Below the pieces are notes generated by a model, which did no database searches, was not told the DNA's origin, and saw only the letters and a program-made list of their open reading frames with translations. 64,000 nucleotides of DNA from the human T2T-CHM13v2.0 reference genome, Homo sapiens. The position numbers and the translations under genes are program-made. This document shows, in pieces, positions 11,349 to 23,400 of the stretch. Position 1 is the stretch's first letter. Every line of letters begins with the position of its first letter. Location: the NCBI RefSeq assembly GCF_009914755.1, contig NC_060944.1; one strand, 5' to 3'.

Positions 11349-14300
11349 CATTCTCAGAAGTTTATTTGTGATGTGTGCCCTCAACTAACAGAGTTGAACC
11401 TTTCTTTTGATAGAGCAGTTTTGAAACACTCTTTTTGTAAAATCTTCAAGAGGATATTTGGATAGCTTTGAGGATTTCGTTGCAAACGGGAATGGCTTCA
11501 TATAAACTCTAGACAGAAGCATTCTCAGAAACTTCGTTGGGATGTTTCGATTGAAGTCCCAGTGTTGAACATTCCCTTTTATAGAGCAGGTTGGAAACAC
11601 TCTTTCTGCATTCCCTGGAAGTGGACATTTGGAGCGCTTTCAGGACGACGGTGAAAATGGAAATATCTTCCAAGAAAATCTAGATAGAAGCAATGTCAGA
11701 AACTTTTATGTGATGGATCTACTCAGCTAACAGAGTTGAACCTTTCTTTTGAGAGAGCAGTTTTGCAACACTCTTTTTGTGGAATATGCAAGTGGATATT
11801 AGGGCAGCTTTGAGGATTTCGTTGGAAACGGGAATACATGTAAAAAGCAGACAGCAGCATTCTCAGAAACTTCTTTGTGATGTTTGCATTGAAGTCACAG
11901 AGTTGAACATTCCCTTTGAGAGAGCAGGTTTGAAACACGCCTTTTGTCATATCTGGAAGTGTCCATTCGGAGCGCATTCAGGCTTGTGTTGAAAAAGGAA
12001 ATATCCTCCCATAAAAACTAGACAGAAGCATTCTCAGAAACTTATCTGTGATGTATGTACTCAACTAACAGAACTAAACCATCGTTTTGAAGGAGCAGTT
12101 TTGAAACACTCTTTTTGCGGAATCTGCAAGTGGATATTTGGCTAGCTGGGAGGATTTCGTTGGAAACGGGATTACATACAAAAAGCAGACAGCAGCATTC
12201 TCAGAAACTTCTTTGTGATGTTTGCATTCAAGTCACAGAGTTGAACATTCCCTTTCATAGAGCAGGTTTGAAACACTCTTTTTGTAGTATCTGGATGTGG
12301 ACATTTGGATCGCTTTCAGGCCTATGGTGAAAAAGGAAATATCTTCCCATGAAAACTAGACAGAAGCATTCTCAGAAACTTATTTGTGATGTGTGCCCTC
12401 AACTGACAGTGTTGAACCTTTGTTTTGATAGAGCAGTTCTGAAACACACTTTTTGTAAAATCTGCAAGAGGATATTTGGATAGCTTTGAGGATTTCGTTG
12501 GAAACGGGAATGTCTTCATGTAAACTCTAGACAGAAGCATTCTCAGAAACTGCTTTGGGATGTTTCAATTGAAGTCCCAGTGTTGAACATTCCCTTTCAT
12601 AGAGCAGGTTTGAAACACTCTTTTTGTACTATCTGGAAGTGGACATTTGGAGCGCTTTCAGGTCTACGGTGAAAAAGGAGATATCTTCCAATAAAAACTA
12701 GATAGAAGCAATGTCAGAACTTTTTTCATGATGTATCTACTCAGCAAACAGAGTTGAACCTTTCTTTTGAGAGAGCAGTTTTGAAACACTCTTTTTGTGG
12801 AATATGCAAGTGGGTATTAGGCCAGCTTGGAGGATTTCGTTGGAAACGGGAATACGTATAAAAAGCAGACAGCAGCATTGTCAGAAACTACTTTGTGATG
12901 TTTGCATTCAAGTCACAGAATTGAACACTCCCTTTCACAGAGCAGGTTTGAAACACTCTTTTTGTAGTGTCTGTAAGTGAACATTTGGATTGCTTTCAGG
13001 CCTAAGGTGAAAAAGGAAATATCTTCCCATAAAAACTAGACAGAAGCATTCTCAGAAACTTGTTTGTGATGTGTGCCCTCTACTGACAGAGTTGAAACTT
13101 TCTTTGCAAAGAGCAGTTTTGAAACACTCTTTTTGTAGAATCTGCAAGAGGATATTTGGATAGCTTTGAGGATTTCTTGGGAAACGGGAATGTCTTCAGA
13201 TAAACTCTAGACAGAAGCATTCTCAGAAACTTCTTTGGGATGTTTCAATTGAAGTCACAGTGTTGAACATTCCCTTTCACAGAGCAGGTTTGAAACACTC
13301 TTTTTGTAGTGTCTATAAGTGAACATTTGGCGTGCTTTCAGGCCTAACGTGAAAAAGGAAATATCTTCCCATAAAAACTAGACAGAAGCATTCTCAGAAA
13401 CTTGTTCTTGATGTGTGCCCTCTACTGACAGAGTTGAACCTTTCTTTGCAAAGAGCAGTTTTGAAACACTCTTTTTGTAGAATCTGCAAGAGGATATTTG
13501 GATAGCTTTGAGGATTTCTTGGGAAACGGGAATGTCTTCAGATAAACTCTAGACAGAAGCATTCTCAGAAACTTCTTTGGGATGTTTCAATTGAAGTCAC
13601 AGTGTTGAACATTCCCTTTCACAGAGCAGGTTTGAAACACTCTTTTTGTAGTGTCTATAAGTGAACATTTGGCGTGCTTTCAGGCCTAACGTGAAAAAGG
13701 AAATATCTTCCCATAAAAACTAGACAGAAGCATTCTCAGAAACTTGTTCTTGATGTGTGCCCTCTACTGACAGAGTTGAACCTTTCTTTGCAAAGAGCAG
13801 CTTTGAAACACTCTTTTTGTAGAATCTGCAAGAGGATATTTGGATAGCTTGGAGGATTTCGTTGGAAACGGGTATGTCTTCAGATAAACTCTAGACAGAA
13901 GCATTCTCAGAAACTTCTTTGGGATGTTGCATTCAAGTCACAGAGTAGAACATTCCCATTCATAGAGCAGATTTGAAACACTCTTTTTGTAGTATCTGGA
14001 AGTGGACATTTGGAGCGCTTTCAGGCCTATGTTGAAAAAGGAAATGTCTTCCCATAAAAACTAGACGGAAGCATTCTCAGAAACTTATTTGTGATGTGTT
14101 TGCTCAACTAACAGGATTGAACCATCGTTTTGAAGGAGCAGTTTTGAAACACTGTTTTCGTGGAATCTGCAAGTGGATATTTGGCTAGCTTTGAGGATTT
14201 CGTTGGAAACGGGATTACATATAAAAAGGAGACAGCAGCATTCTCAGAAACTTCTTTGTGATGTCTGCATTCAATTCACAGAGTTGAGCATTCCCTTTCA

Positions 14301-17300
14301 TAGAGCAGGTTGGAAACACTCTTTTTGTAGTATCTGGATGAGGACATTTGGAGCGCTTTCAGGCGTATGGTGAAAAAGGAAATATCTTCCCGTAAAAACT
14401 AGACAGAAGCATTCTCAGAAGTTTATTTGTGATGTGTGCCCTCAACTAACAGAGTTGAACCTTTCTTTTGATAGAGCAGTTTTGAAACACTCTTTTTGTA
14501 AAATCTGCAAGAGGATATTTGGATAGCTTTGAGGATTTCGTTGCAAACGGGAATGGCTTCATATAAACTCTAGACAGAAGCATTCTCAGAAACTTCGTTG
14601 GGATGTTTCGATTGAAGTCCCAGTGTTGAACATTCCCTTTTATAGAGCAGGTTGGAAACACTCTTTCTGCATTCCCTGGAAGTGGACATTTGGAGCGCTT
14701 TCAGGACGACGGTGAAAATGGAAATATCTTCCAAGAAAATCTAGATAGAAGCAATGTCAGAAACTTTTCTGTGATGGATCTACTCAGCTAACAGAGTTGA
14801 ACCTTTCTTTTGAGAGAGCAGTTTTGCAACACTCTTTTTGTGGAATATGCAAGTGGATATTAGGGCAGCTTTGAGGATTTCGTTGGAAACGGGAATACAT
14901 GTAAAAAGCAGACAGCAGCATTCTCAGAAACTTCTTTGTGATGTTTGCATTGAAGTCACAGAGTTGAACATTCCCTTTGAGAGAGCAGGTTTGAAACACG
15001 CCTTTTGTCATATCTGGAAGTGTCCATTCGGAGCGCATTCAGGCTTGTGTTGAAAAAGGAAATATCCTCCCATAAAAACTAGACAGAAGCATTCTCAGAA
15101 ACTTATCTGTGATGTATGTACTCAACTAACAGAACTAAACCATCGTTTTGAAGGAGCAGTTTTGAAACACTCTTTTTGCGGAATCTGCAAGTGGATATTT
15201 GGCTAGCTGGGAGGATTTCGTTGGAAACGGGATTACATACAAAAAGCAGAGAGCAGCATTCTCAGAAACTTCTTTGTGATGTTTGCATTCAAGTCACAGA
15301 GTTGAACATTCCCTTTCATAGAGCAGGTTTGAAACACTCTTTTTGTAGTATCTGGATGTGGACATTTAGATCGCTTTCAGGCCTATGGTGAAAAAGGAAA
15401 TATCTTCCCATGAAAACTAGACAGAAGCATTCTCAGAAACTTATTTGTGATGTGTGCCCTCAACTGACAGTGTTGAACCTTTGTTTTGATAGAGCAGTTC
15501 TGAAACACACTTTTTGTAAAATCTGCAAGAGGATATTTGGATAGCTTTGAGGATTTCGTTGGAAACGGGAATGTCTTCATGTAAACTCTAGACAGAAGCA
15601 TTCTCAGAAACTGCTTTGGGATGTTTCAATTGAAGTCCCAGTGTTGAACATTCCCATTCATAGAGCAGGTTTGAAACACTCTTTTTGTACTATCTGGAAG
15701 TGGACATTTGGAGCGCTTTCAGGTCTACGGTGAAAAAGGAGATATCTTCCAATAAAAACTAGATAGAAGCAATGTCAGAACTTTTTTCATGATGTATCTA
15801 CTCAGCAAACAGAGTTGAACCTTTCTTTTGAGAGAGCAGTTTTGAAACACTCTTTTTGTGGAATATGCAAGTGGGTATTAGGCCAGCTTGGAGGATTTCG
15901 TTGGAAACGGGAATACGTATAAAAAGCAGACAGCAGCATTGTCAGAAACTACTTTGTGATGTTTGCATTCAAGTCACAGAATTGAACACTCCCTTTCACA
16001 GAGCAGGTTTGAAACACTCTTTTTGTAGTGTCTGTAAGTGAACATTTGGATTGCTTTCAGGCCTAAGGTGAAAAAGGAAATATCTTCCCATAAAAACTAG
16101 ACAGAAGCATTCTCAGAAACTTGTTTTTGATGTGTGCCCTCTACTGACAGAGTTGAAACTTTCTTTACAAAGAGCAGTTTTGAAACACTCTTTTTGTAGA
16201 ATCTGCAAGAGGATATTTGGATAGCTTTGAGGATTTCTTGGGAAACGGGAATGTCTTCAGATAAACTCTAGACAGAAGCATTCTCAGAAACTTCTTTGGG
16301 ATGTTTCAATTGAAGTCACAGTGTTGAACATTCCCTTTCACAGAGCAGGTTTGAAACACTCTTTTTGTAGTGTCTATAAGTGAACATTTGGCGTGCTTTC
16401 AGGCCCAACGTGAAAAAGGAAATATCTTCCCATAAAAACTAGACAGAAGCATTCTCAGAAACTTGTTCTTGATGTGTGCCCTCTACTGACAGAGTTGAAC
16501 CTTTCTTTGCAAAGAGCAGTTTTGAAACACTCATTTTGTAGAATCTGCAAGAGGATATTTGGATAGCTTTGAGGATTTCTTGGGAAACGGGAATGTCTTC
16601 AGATAAACTCTAGACAGAAGCATTCTCAGAAACTTCTTTGGGATGTTTCAATTGAAGTCACAGTGTTGAACATTCCCTTTCACAGAGCAGGTTTGAAACA
16701 CTCTTTTTGTAGTGTCTATAAGTGAACATTTGGCGTGCTTTCAGGCCTAACGTGAAAAAGGAAATATCTTCCCATAAAAACTAGACAGAAGCATTCTCAG
16801 AAACTTGTTCGTGATGTGTGCCCTCTACTGACAGAGTTGAACCTTTCTTTGCAAAGAGCAGCTTTGAAACACACTTTTTGTAGAATCTGCAAGAGGATAT
16901 TTGGATAGCTTTGAGGATTTCGTTGGAAACGGGTATGTCTTCAGATAAACTCTAGACAGAAGCATTCTCAGAAACTTCTTTGGGATGTTGCATTCAAGTC
17001 ACAGAGTAGAACATTCCCATTCATAGAGCAGATTTGAAACACTCTTTTTGTAGTATCTGGAAGTGGACATTTGGAGCGCTTTCAGGCCTATGTTGAAAAA
17101 GGAAACATCTTCCCATAAAAACTAGACGGAAGCATTCTCAGAAACTTATTTGTGATGTGTTTGCTCAACTAACAGGATTGAACCATCGTTTTGAAGGAGC
17201 AGTTTTGAAACACTGTTTTCGTGGAATCTGCAAGTGGATATTTGGCTAGCTTTGAGGATTTCGTTGGAAACGGGATTACATATAAAAAGGAGACAGCAGC

Positions 17301-17470
17301 ATTCTCAGAAACTACTTTGTGATGTCTGCATTCAATTCACAGAGTTGAGCATTCCCTTTCATAGAGCAGGTTGGAAACACTCTTTTTGTAGTATCGGGAT
17401 GAGGACATTTGGAGCGCTTTCAGGCCTATGGTGAAAAAGGAAATATCTTCCCGTAAAAACTAGACAGAAG
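11349..17470 (+). repeat. HOR5-HOR6: two 18-mer class II copies (3061 bp; m11-12-[13/11 hybrid]-12-13-14)
   Basis: Extra 342 bp at 13389-13730 and 16450-16791. The hybrid starts like m13 (CTTGTTCTTGAT) but carries the m11 dead box TTTCTTGGGAAACGGGA. Confidence 0.9.
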
Positions 17471-20400
17471 CATTCTCAGAAGTTTATTTGTGATGTGTGC
17501 CCTCAACTAACAGAGTTGAACCTTTCTTTTGATAGAGCAGTTTTGAAACACTCTTTTTGTAAAATCTGCAAGAGGATATTTGGATAGCTTTGAGGATTTC
17601 GTTGCAAACGGGAATGGCTTCATATAAACTCTAGACAGAAGCATTCTCAGAAACTTCGTTGGGATGTTTCGATTGAAGTCCCAGTGTTGAACATTCCCTT
17701 TTATAGAGCAGGTTGGAAACACTCTTTCTGCATTCCCTGGAAGTGGACATTTGGAGCGCTTTCAGGACGACGGTGAAAATGGAAATATCTTCCAAGAAAA
17801 TCTAGATAGAAGCAATGTTAGAAACTTTTATGTGATGGATCTACTCAGCTAACAGAGTTGAACCTTTCTTTTGAGAGAGCAGTTTTGCAACACTCTTTTT
17901 GTGGAATATGCAAGTGGATATTAGGGCAGCTTTGAGGATTTCGTTGGAAACGGGAATACATGTAAAAAGCAGACAGCAGCATTCTCAGAAACTTCTTTGT
18001 GATGTTTGCATTGAAGTCACAGAGTTGAACATTCCCTTTGAGAGAGCAGGTTTGAAACACGCCTTTTGTCATATCTGGAAGTGTCCATTCGGAGCGCATT
18101 CAGGCTTGTGTTGAAAAAGGAAAGTATCCTCCCATAAAAACTAGACAGAAGCATTCTCAGAAACTTATCTGTGATGTATGTACTCAACTAACAGAACTAA
18201 ACCATCGTTTTGAAGGAGCAGTTTTGAAACACTCTTTTTGCGGAATCTGCAAGTGGATATTTGGCTAGCTGGGAGGATTTCGTTGGAAACGGGATTACAT
18301 ACAAAAAGCAGACAGCAGCATTCTCAGAAACTTCTTTGTGATGTTTGCATTCAAGTCACAGAGTTGAACATTCCCTTTCATAGAGCAGGTTTGAAACACT
18401 CTTTTTGTAGTATCTGGATGTGGACATCTGGATCGCTTTCAGGCCTATGGTGAAAAAGGAAATATCTTCCAATGAAAACTAGACAGAAGCATTCTCAGAA
18501 ACTTATTTGTGATGTGTGCCCTCAACTGACAGTGTTGAACCTTTGTTTTGATAGAGCAGTTCTGAAACACACTTTTTGTAAAATCTGCAAGAGGATATTT
18601 GGATAGCTTTGAGGATTTCGTTGGAAACGGGAATGTCTTCATGTAAACTCTAGACAGAAGCATTCTCAGAAACTGCTTTGGGATGTTTCAATTGAAGTCC
18701 CAGTGTTGAACATTCCCATTCATAGAGCAGGTTTGAAACACTCTTTTTGTACTATCTGGAAGTGGACATTTGGAGCGCTTTCAGGTCTACGGTGAAAAAG
18801 GAGATATCTTCCAATAAAAACTAGATAGAAGCAATGTCAGAACTTTTTTCATGATGTATCTACTCAGCAAACAGAGTTGAACCTTTCTTTTGAGAGAGCA
18901 GTTTTGAAACACTCTTTTTGTGGAATATGCAAGTGGGTATTAGGCCAGCTTGGAGGATTTCGTTGGAAACGGGAATACGTATAAAAAGCAGACAGCAGCA
19001 TTGTCAGAAACTACTTTGTGATGTTTGCATTCAAGTCACAGAATTGAACACTCCCTTTCACAGAGCAGGTTTGAAACACTCTTTTTGTAGTGTCTGTAAG
19101 TGAACATTTGGATTGCTTTCAGGCCTAAGGTGAAAAAGGAAATATCTTCCCATAAAAACTAGACAGAAGCATTCTCAGAAACTTGTTTGTGATGTGTGCC
19201 CTCTACTGACAGAGTTGAACCTTTCTTTGCAAAGAGCAGTTTTGAAACACTCTTTTTGTAGAATCTGCAAGAGGATATTTGGATAGCTTTGAGGATTTCT
19301 TGGGAAACGGGAATGTCTTCAGATAAACTCTAGACAGAAGCATTCTCAGAAACTTCTTTGGGATGTTTCAATTGAAGTCACAGTGTTGAACATTCCCTTT
19401 CACAGAGCAGGTTTGAAACACTCTTTTTGTAGTGTCTATAAGTGAACATTTGGCGTGCTTTCAGTTGTAACGTGAAAAAGGAAATATCTTCCCATAAAAA
19501 CTAGACAGAAGCATTCTCAGAAACTTGTTCTTGATGTGTCCCCTCTACTGACAGAGTTGAACCTTTCTTTGCAAAGAGCAGCTTTGAAACACTCTTTTTG
19601 TAGAATCTGCAAGAGGATATTTGGATAGCTTGGAGGATTTCGTTGGAAACGGGTATGTCTTCAGATAAACTCTAGACAGAAGCATTCTCAGAAACTTCTT
19701 TGGGATGTTGCATTCAAGTCACAGAGTAGAACATTCCCATTCATAGAGCAGATTTGAAACACTCTTTTTGTAGTATCTGGAAGTGGACATTTGGAGCGCT
19801 TTCAGGCCTATGTTGAAAAAGGAAACATCTTCCCATAAAAACTAGACGGAAGCATTCTCAGAAACTTATTTGTGATGTGTTTGCTCAACTAACAGGATTG
19901 AACCATCGTTTTGAAGGAGCAGTTTTGAAACACTGTTTTCGTGGAATCTGCAAGTGGATATTTGGCTAGCTTTGAGGATTTCGTTGGAAACGGGATTACA
20001 TATAAAAAGGAGACAGCAGCATTCTCAGAAACTTCTTTGTGATGTCTGCATTCAATTCACAGAGTTGAGCATTCCCTTTCATAGAGCAGGTTGGAAACAC
20101 TCTTTTTGTAGTATCTGGATGAGGACATTTGGAGCGCTTTCAGGCGTATGGTGAAAAAGGAAATATCTTCCCGTAAAAACTAGACAGAAGCATTCTCAGA
20201 AGTTTATTTGTGATGTGTGCCCTCAACTAACAGAGTTGAACCTTTCTTTTGATAGAGCAGTTTTGAAACACTCTTTTTGTAAAATCTGCAAGAGGATATT
20301 TGGATAGCTTTGAGGATTTCGTTGCAAACGGGAATGGCTTCATATAAACTCTAGACAGAAGCATTCTCAGAAACTTCGTTGGGATGTTTCGATTGAAGTC

Positions 20401-23400
20401 CCAGTGTTGAACATTCCCTTTTATAGAGCAGGTTGGAAACACTCTTTCTGCATTCCCTGGAAGTGGACATTTGGAGCGCTTTCAGGACGACGGTGAAAAT
20501 GGAAATATCTTCCAAGAAAATCTAGATAGAAGCAATGTCAGAAACTTTTCTGTGATGGATCTACTCAGCTAACAGAGTTGAACCTTTCTTTTGAGAGAGC
20601 AGTTTTGCAACACTCTTTTTGTGGAATATGCAAGTGGATATTAGGGCAGCTTTGAGGATTTCGTTGGAAACGGGAATACATGTAAAAAGCAGACAGCAGC
20701 ATTCTCAGAAACTTCTTTGTGATGTTTGCATTGAAGTCACAGAGTTGAACATTCCCTTTGAGAGAGCAGGTTTGAAACACGCCTTTTGTCATATCTGGAA
20801 GTGTCCATTCGGAGCGCATTCAGGCTTGTGTTGAAAAAGGAAATATCCTCCCATAAAAACTAGACAGAAGCATTCTCAGAAACTTATCTGTGATGTATGT
20901 ACTCAACTAACAGAACTAAACCATCGTTTTGAAGGAGCAGTTTTGAAACACTCTTTTTGCGGAATCTGCAAGTGGATATTTGGCTAGCTGGGAGGATTTC
21001 GTTGGAAACGGGATTACATACAAAAAGCAGACAGCAGCATTCTCAGAAACTTCTTTGTGATGTTTGCATTCAAGTCACAGAGTTGAACATTCCCTTTCAT
21101 AGAGCAGGTTTGAAACACTCTTTTTGTAGTATCTGGATGTGGACATTTGGATCGCTTTCAGGCCTATGGTGAAAAAGGAAATATCTTCCCATGAAAACTA
21201 GACAGAAGCATTCTCAGAAACTTATTTGTGATGTGTGCCCTCAACTGACAGTGTTGAACCTTTGTTTTGATAGAGCAGTTCTGAAACACACTTTTTGTAA
21301 AATCTGCAAGAGGATATTTGGATAGCTTTGAGGATTTCGTTGGAAACGGGAATGTCTTCATGTAAACTCTAGACAGAAGCATTCTCAGAAACTGCTTTGG
21401 GATGTTTCAATTGAAGTCCCAGTGTTGAACATTCCCTTTCATAGAGCAGGTTTGAAACACTCTTTTTGTACTATCTGGAAGTGGACATTTGGAGCGCTTT
21501 CAGGTCTACGGTGAAAAAGGAGATATCTTCCAATAAAAACTAGATAGAAGCAATGTCAGAACTTTTTTCATGATGTATCTACTCAGCAAACAGAGTTGAA
21601 CCTTTCTTTTGAGAGAGCAGTTTTGAAACACTCTTTTTGTGGAATATGCAAGTGGGTATTAGGCCAGCTTGGAGGATTTCGTTGGAAACGGGAATACGTA
21701 TAAAAAGCAGACAGCAGCATTGTCAGAAACTACTTTGTGATGTTTGCATTCAAGTCACAGAATTGAACACTCCCTTTCACAGAGCAGGTTTGAAACACTC
21801 TTTTTGTAGTGTCTGTAAGTGAACATTTGGATTGCTTTCAGGCCTAAGGTGAAAAAGGAAATATCTTCCCATAAAAACTAGACAGAAGCATTCTCAGAAA
21901 CTTGTTTGTGCTGTGTGCCCTCTACTGACAGAGTTGAAGCTTTCTTTGCAAAGAGCAGTTTTGAAACACTCTTTTTGTAGAATCTGCAAGAGGATATTTG
22001 GATAGCTTTGAGGATTTCTTGGGAAACGGGAATGTCTTCAGATAAACTCTAGACAGAAGCATTCTCAGAAACTTCTTTGGGATGTTTCAATTGAAGTCAC
22101 AGTGTTGAACATTCCCTTTCACAGAGCAGGTTTGAAACACTCTTTTTGTAGTGTCTATAAGTGAACATTTGGCGTGCTTTCAGTTGTAACGTGAAAAAGG
22201 AAATATCTTCCCATAAAAACTAGACAGAAGCATTCTCAGAAACTTGTTCTTGATGTGTCCCCTCTACTGACAGAGTTGAACCTTTCTTTGCAAAGAGCAG
22301 CTTTGAAACACTCTTTTTGTAGAATCTGCAAGAGGATATTTGGATAGCTTGGAGGATTTCGTTGGAAACGGGTATGTCTTCAGATAAACTCTAGACAGAA
22401 GCATTCTCAGAAACTTCTTTGGGATGTTGCATTGAAGTCACAGAGTAGAACATTCCCATTCATAGAGCAGATTTGAAACACTCTTTTTGTAGTATCTGGA
22501 AGTGGACATTTGGAGCGCTTTCAGGCCTATGTTGAAAAAGGAAACATCTTCCCATAAAAACTAGACGGAAGCATTCTCAGAAACTTATTTGTGATGTGTT
22601 TGCTCAACTAACAGGATTGAACCATCGTTTTGAAGGAGCAGTTTTGAAACACTGTTTTCGTGGAATCTGCAAGTGGATATTTGGCTAGCTTTGAGGATTT
22701 CGTTGGAAACGGGATTACAAATAAAAAGGAGACAGCAGCATTCTCAGAAACTTCTTTGTGATGTCTGCATTCAATTCACAGAGTTGAGCATTCCCTTTCA
22801 TAGAGCAGGTTGGAAACACTCTTTTTGTAGTATCTGGATGAGGACATTTGGAGCGCTTTCAGGCGTATGGTGAAAAAGGAAATATCTTCCCGTAAAAACT
22901 AGACAGAAGCATTCTCAGAAGTTTATTTGTGATGTGTGCCCTCAACTAACAGAGTTGAACCTTTCTTTTGATAGAGCAGTTTTGAAACACTCTTTTTGTA
23001 AAATCTTCAAGAGGATATTTGGATAGCTTTGAGGATTTCGTTGCAAACGGGAATGGCTTCATATAAACTCTAGACAGAAGCATTCTCAGAAACTTCGTTG
23101 GGATGTTTCGATTGAAGTCCCAGTGTTGAACATTCCCTTTTATAGAGCAGGTTGGAAACACTCTTTCTGCATTCCCTGGAAGTGGACATTTGGAGCGCTT
23201 TCAGGACGACGGTGAAAATGGAAATATCTTCCAAGAAAATCTAGATAGAAGCAATGTCAGAAACTTTTCTGTGATGGATCTACTCAGCTAACAGAGTTGA
23301 ACCTTTCTTTTGAGAGAGCAGTTTTGCAACACTCTTTTTGTGGAATATGCAAGTGGATATTAGGGCAGCTTTGAGGATTTCGTTGGAAACGGGAATACAT

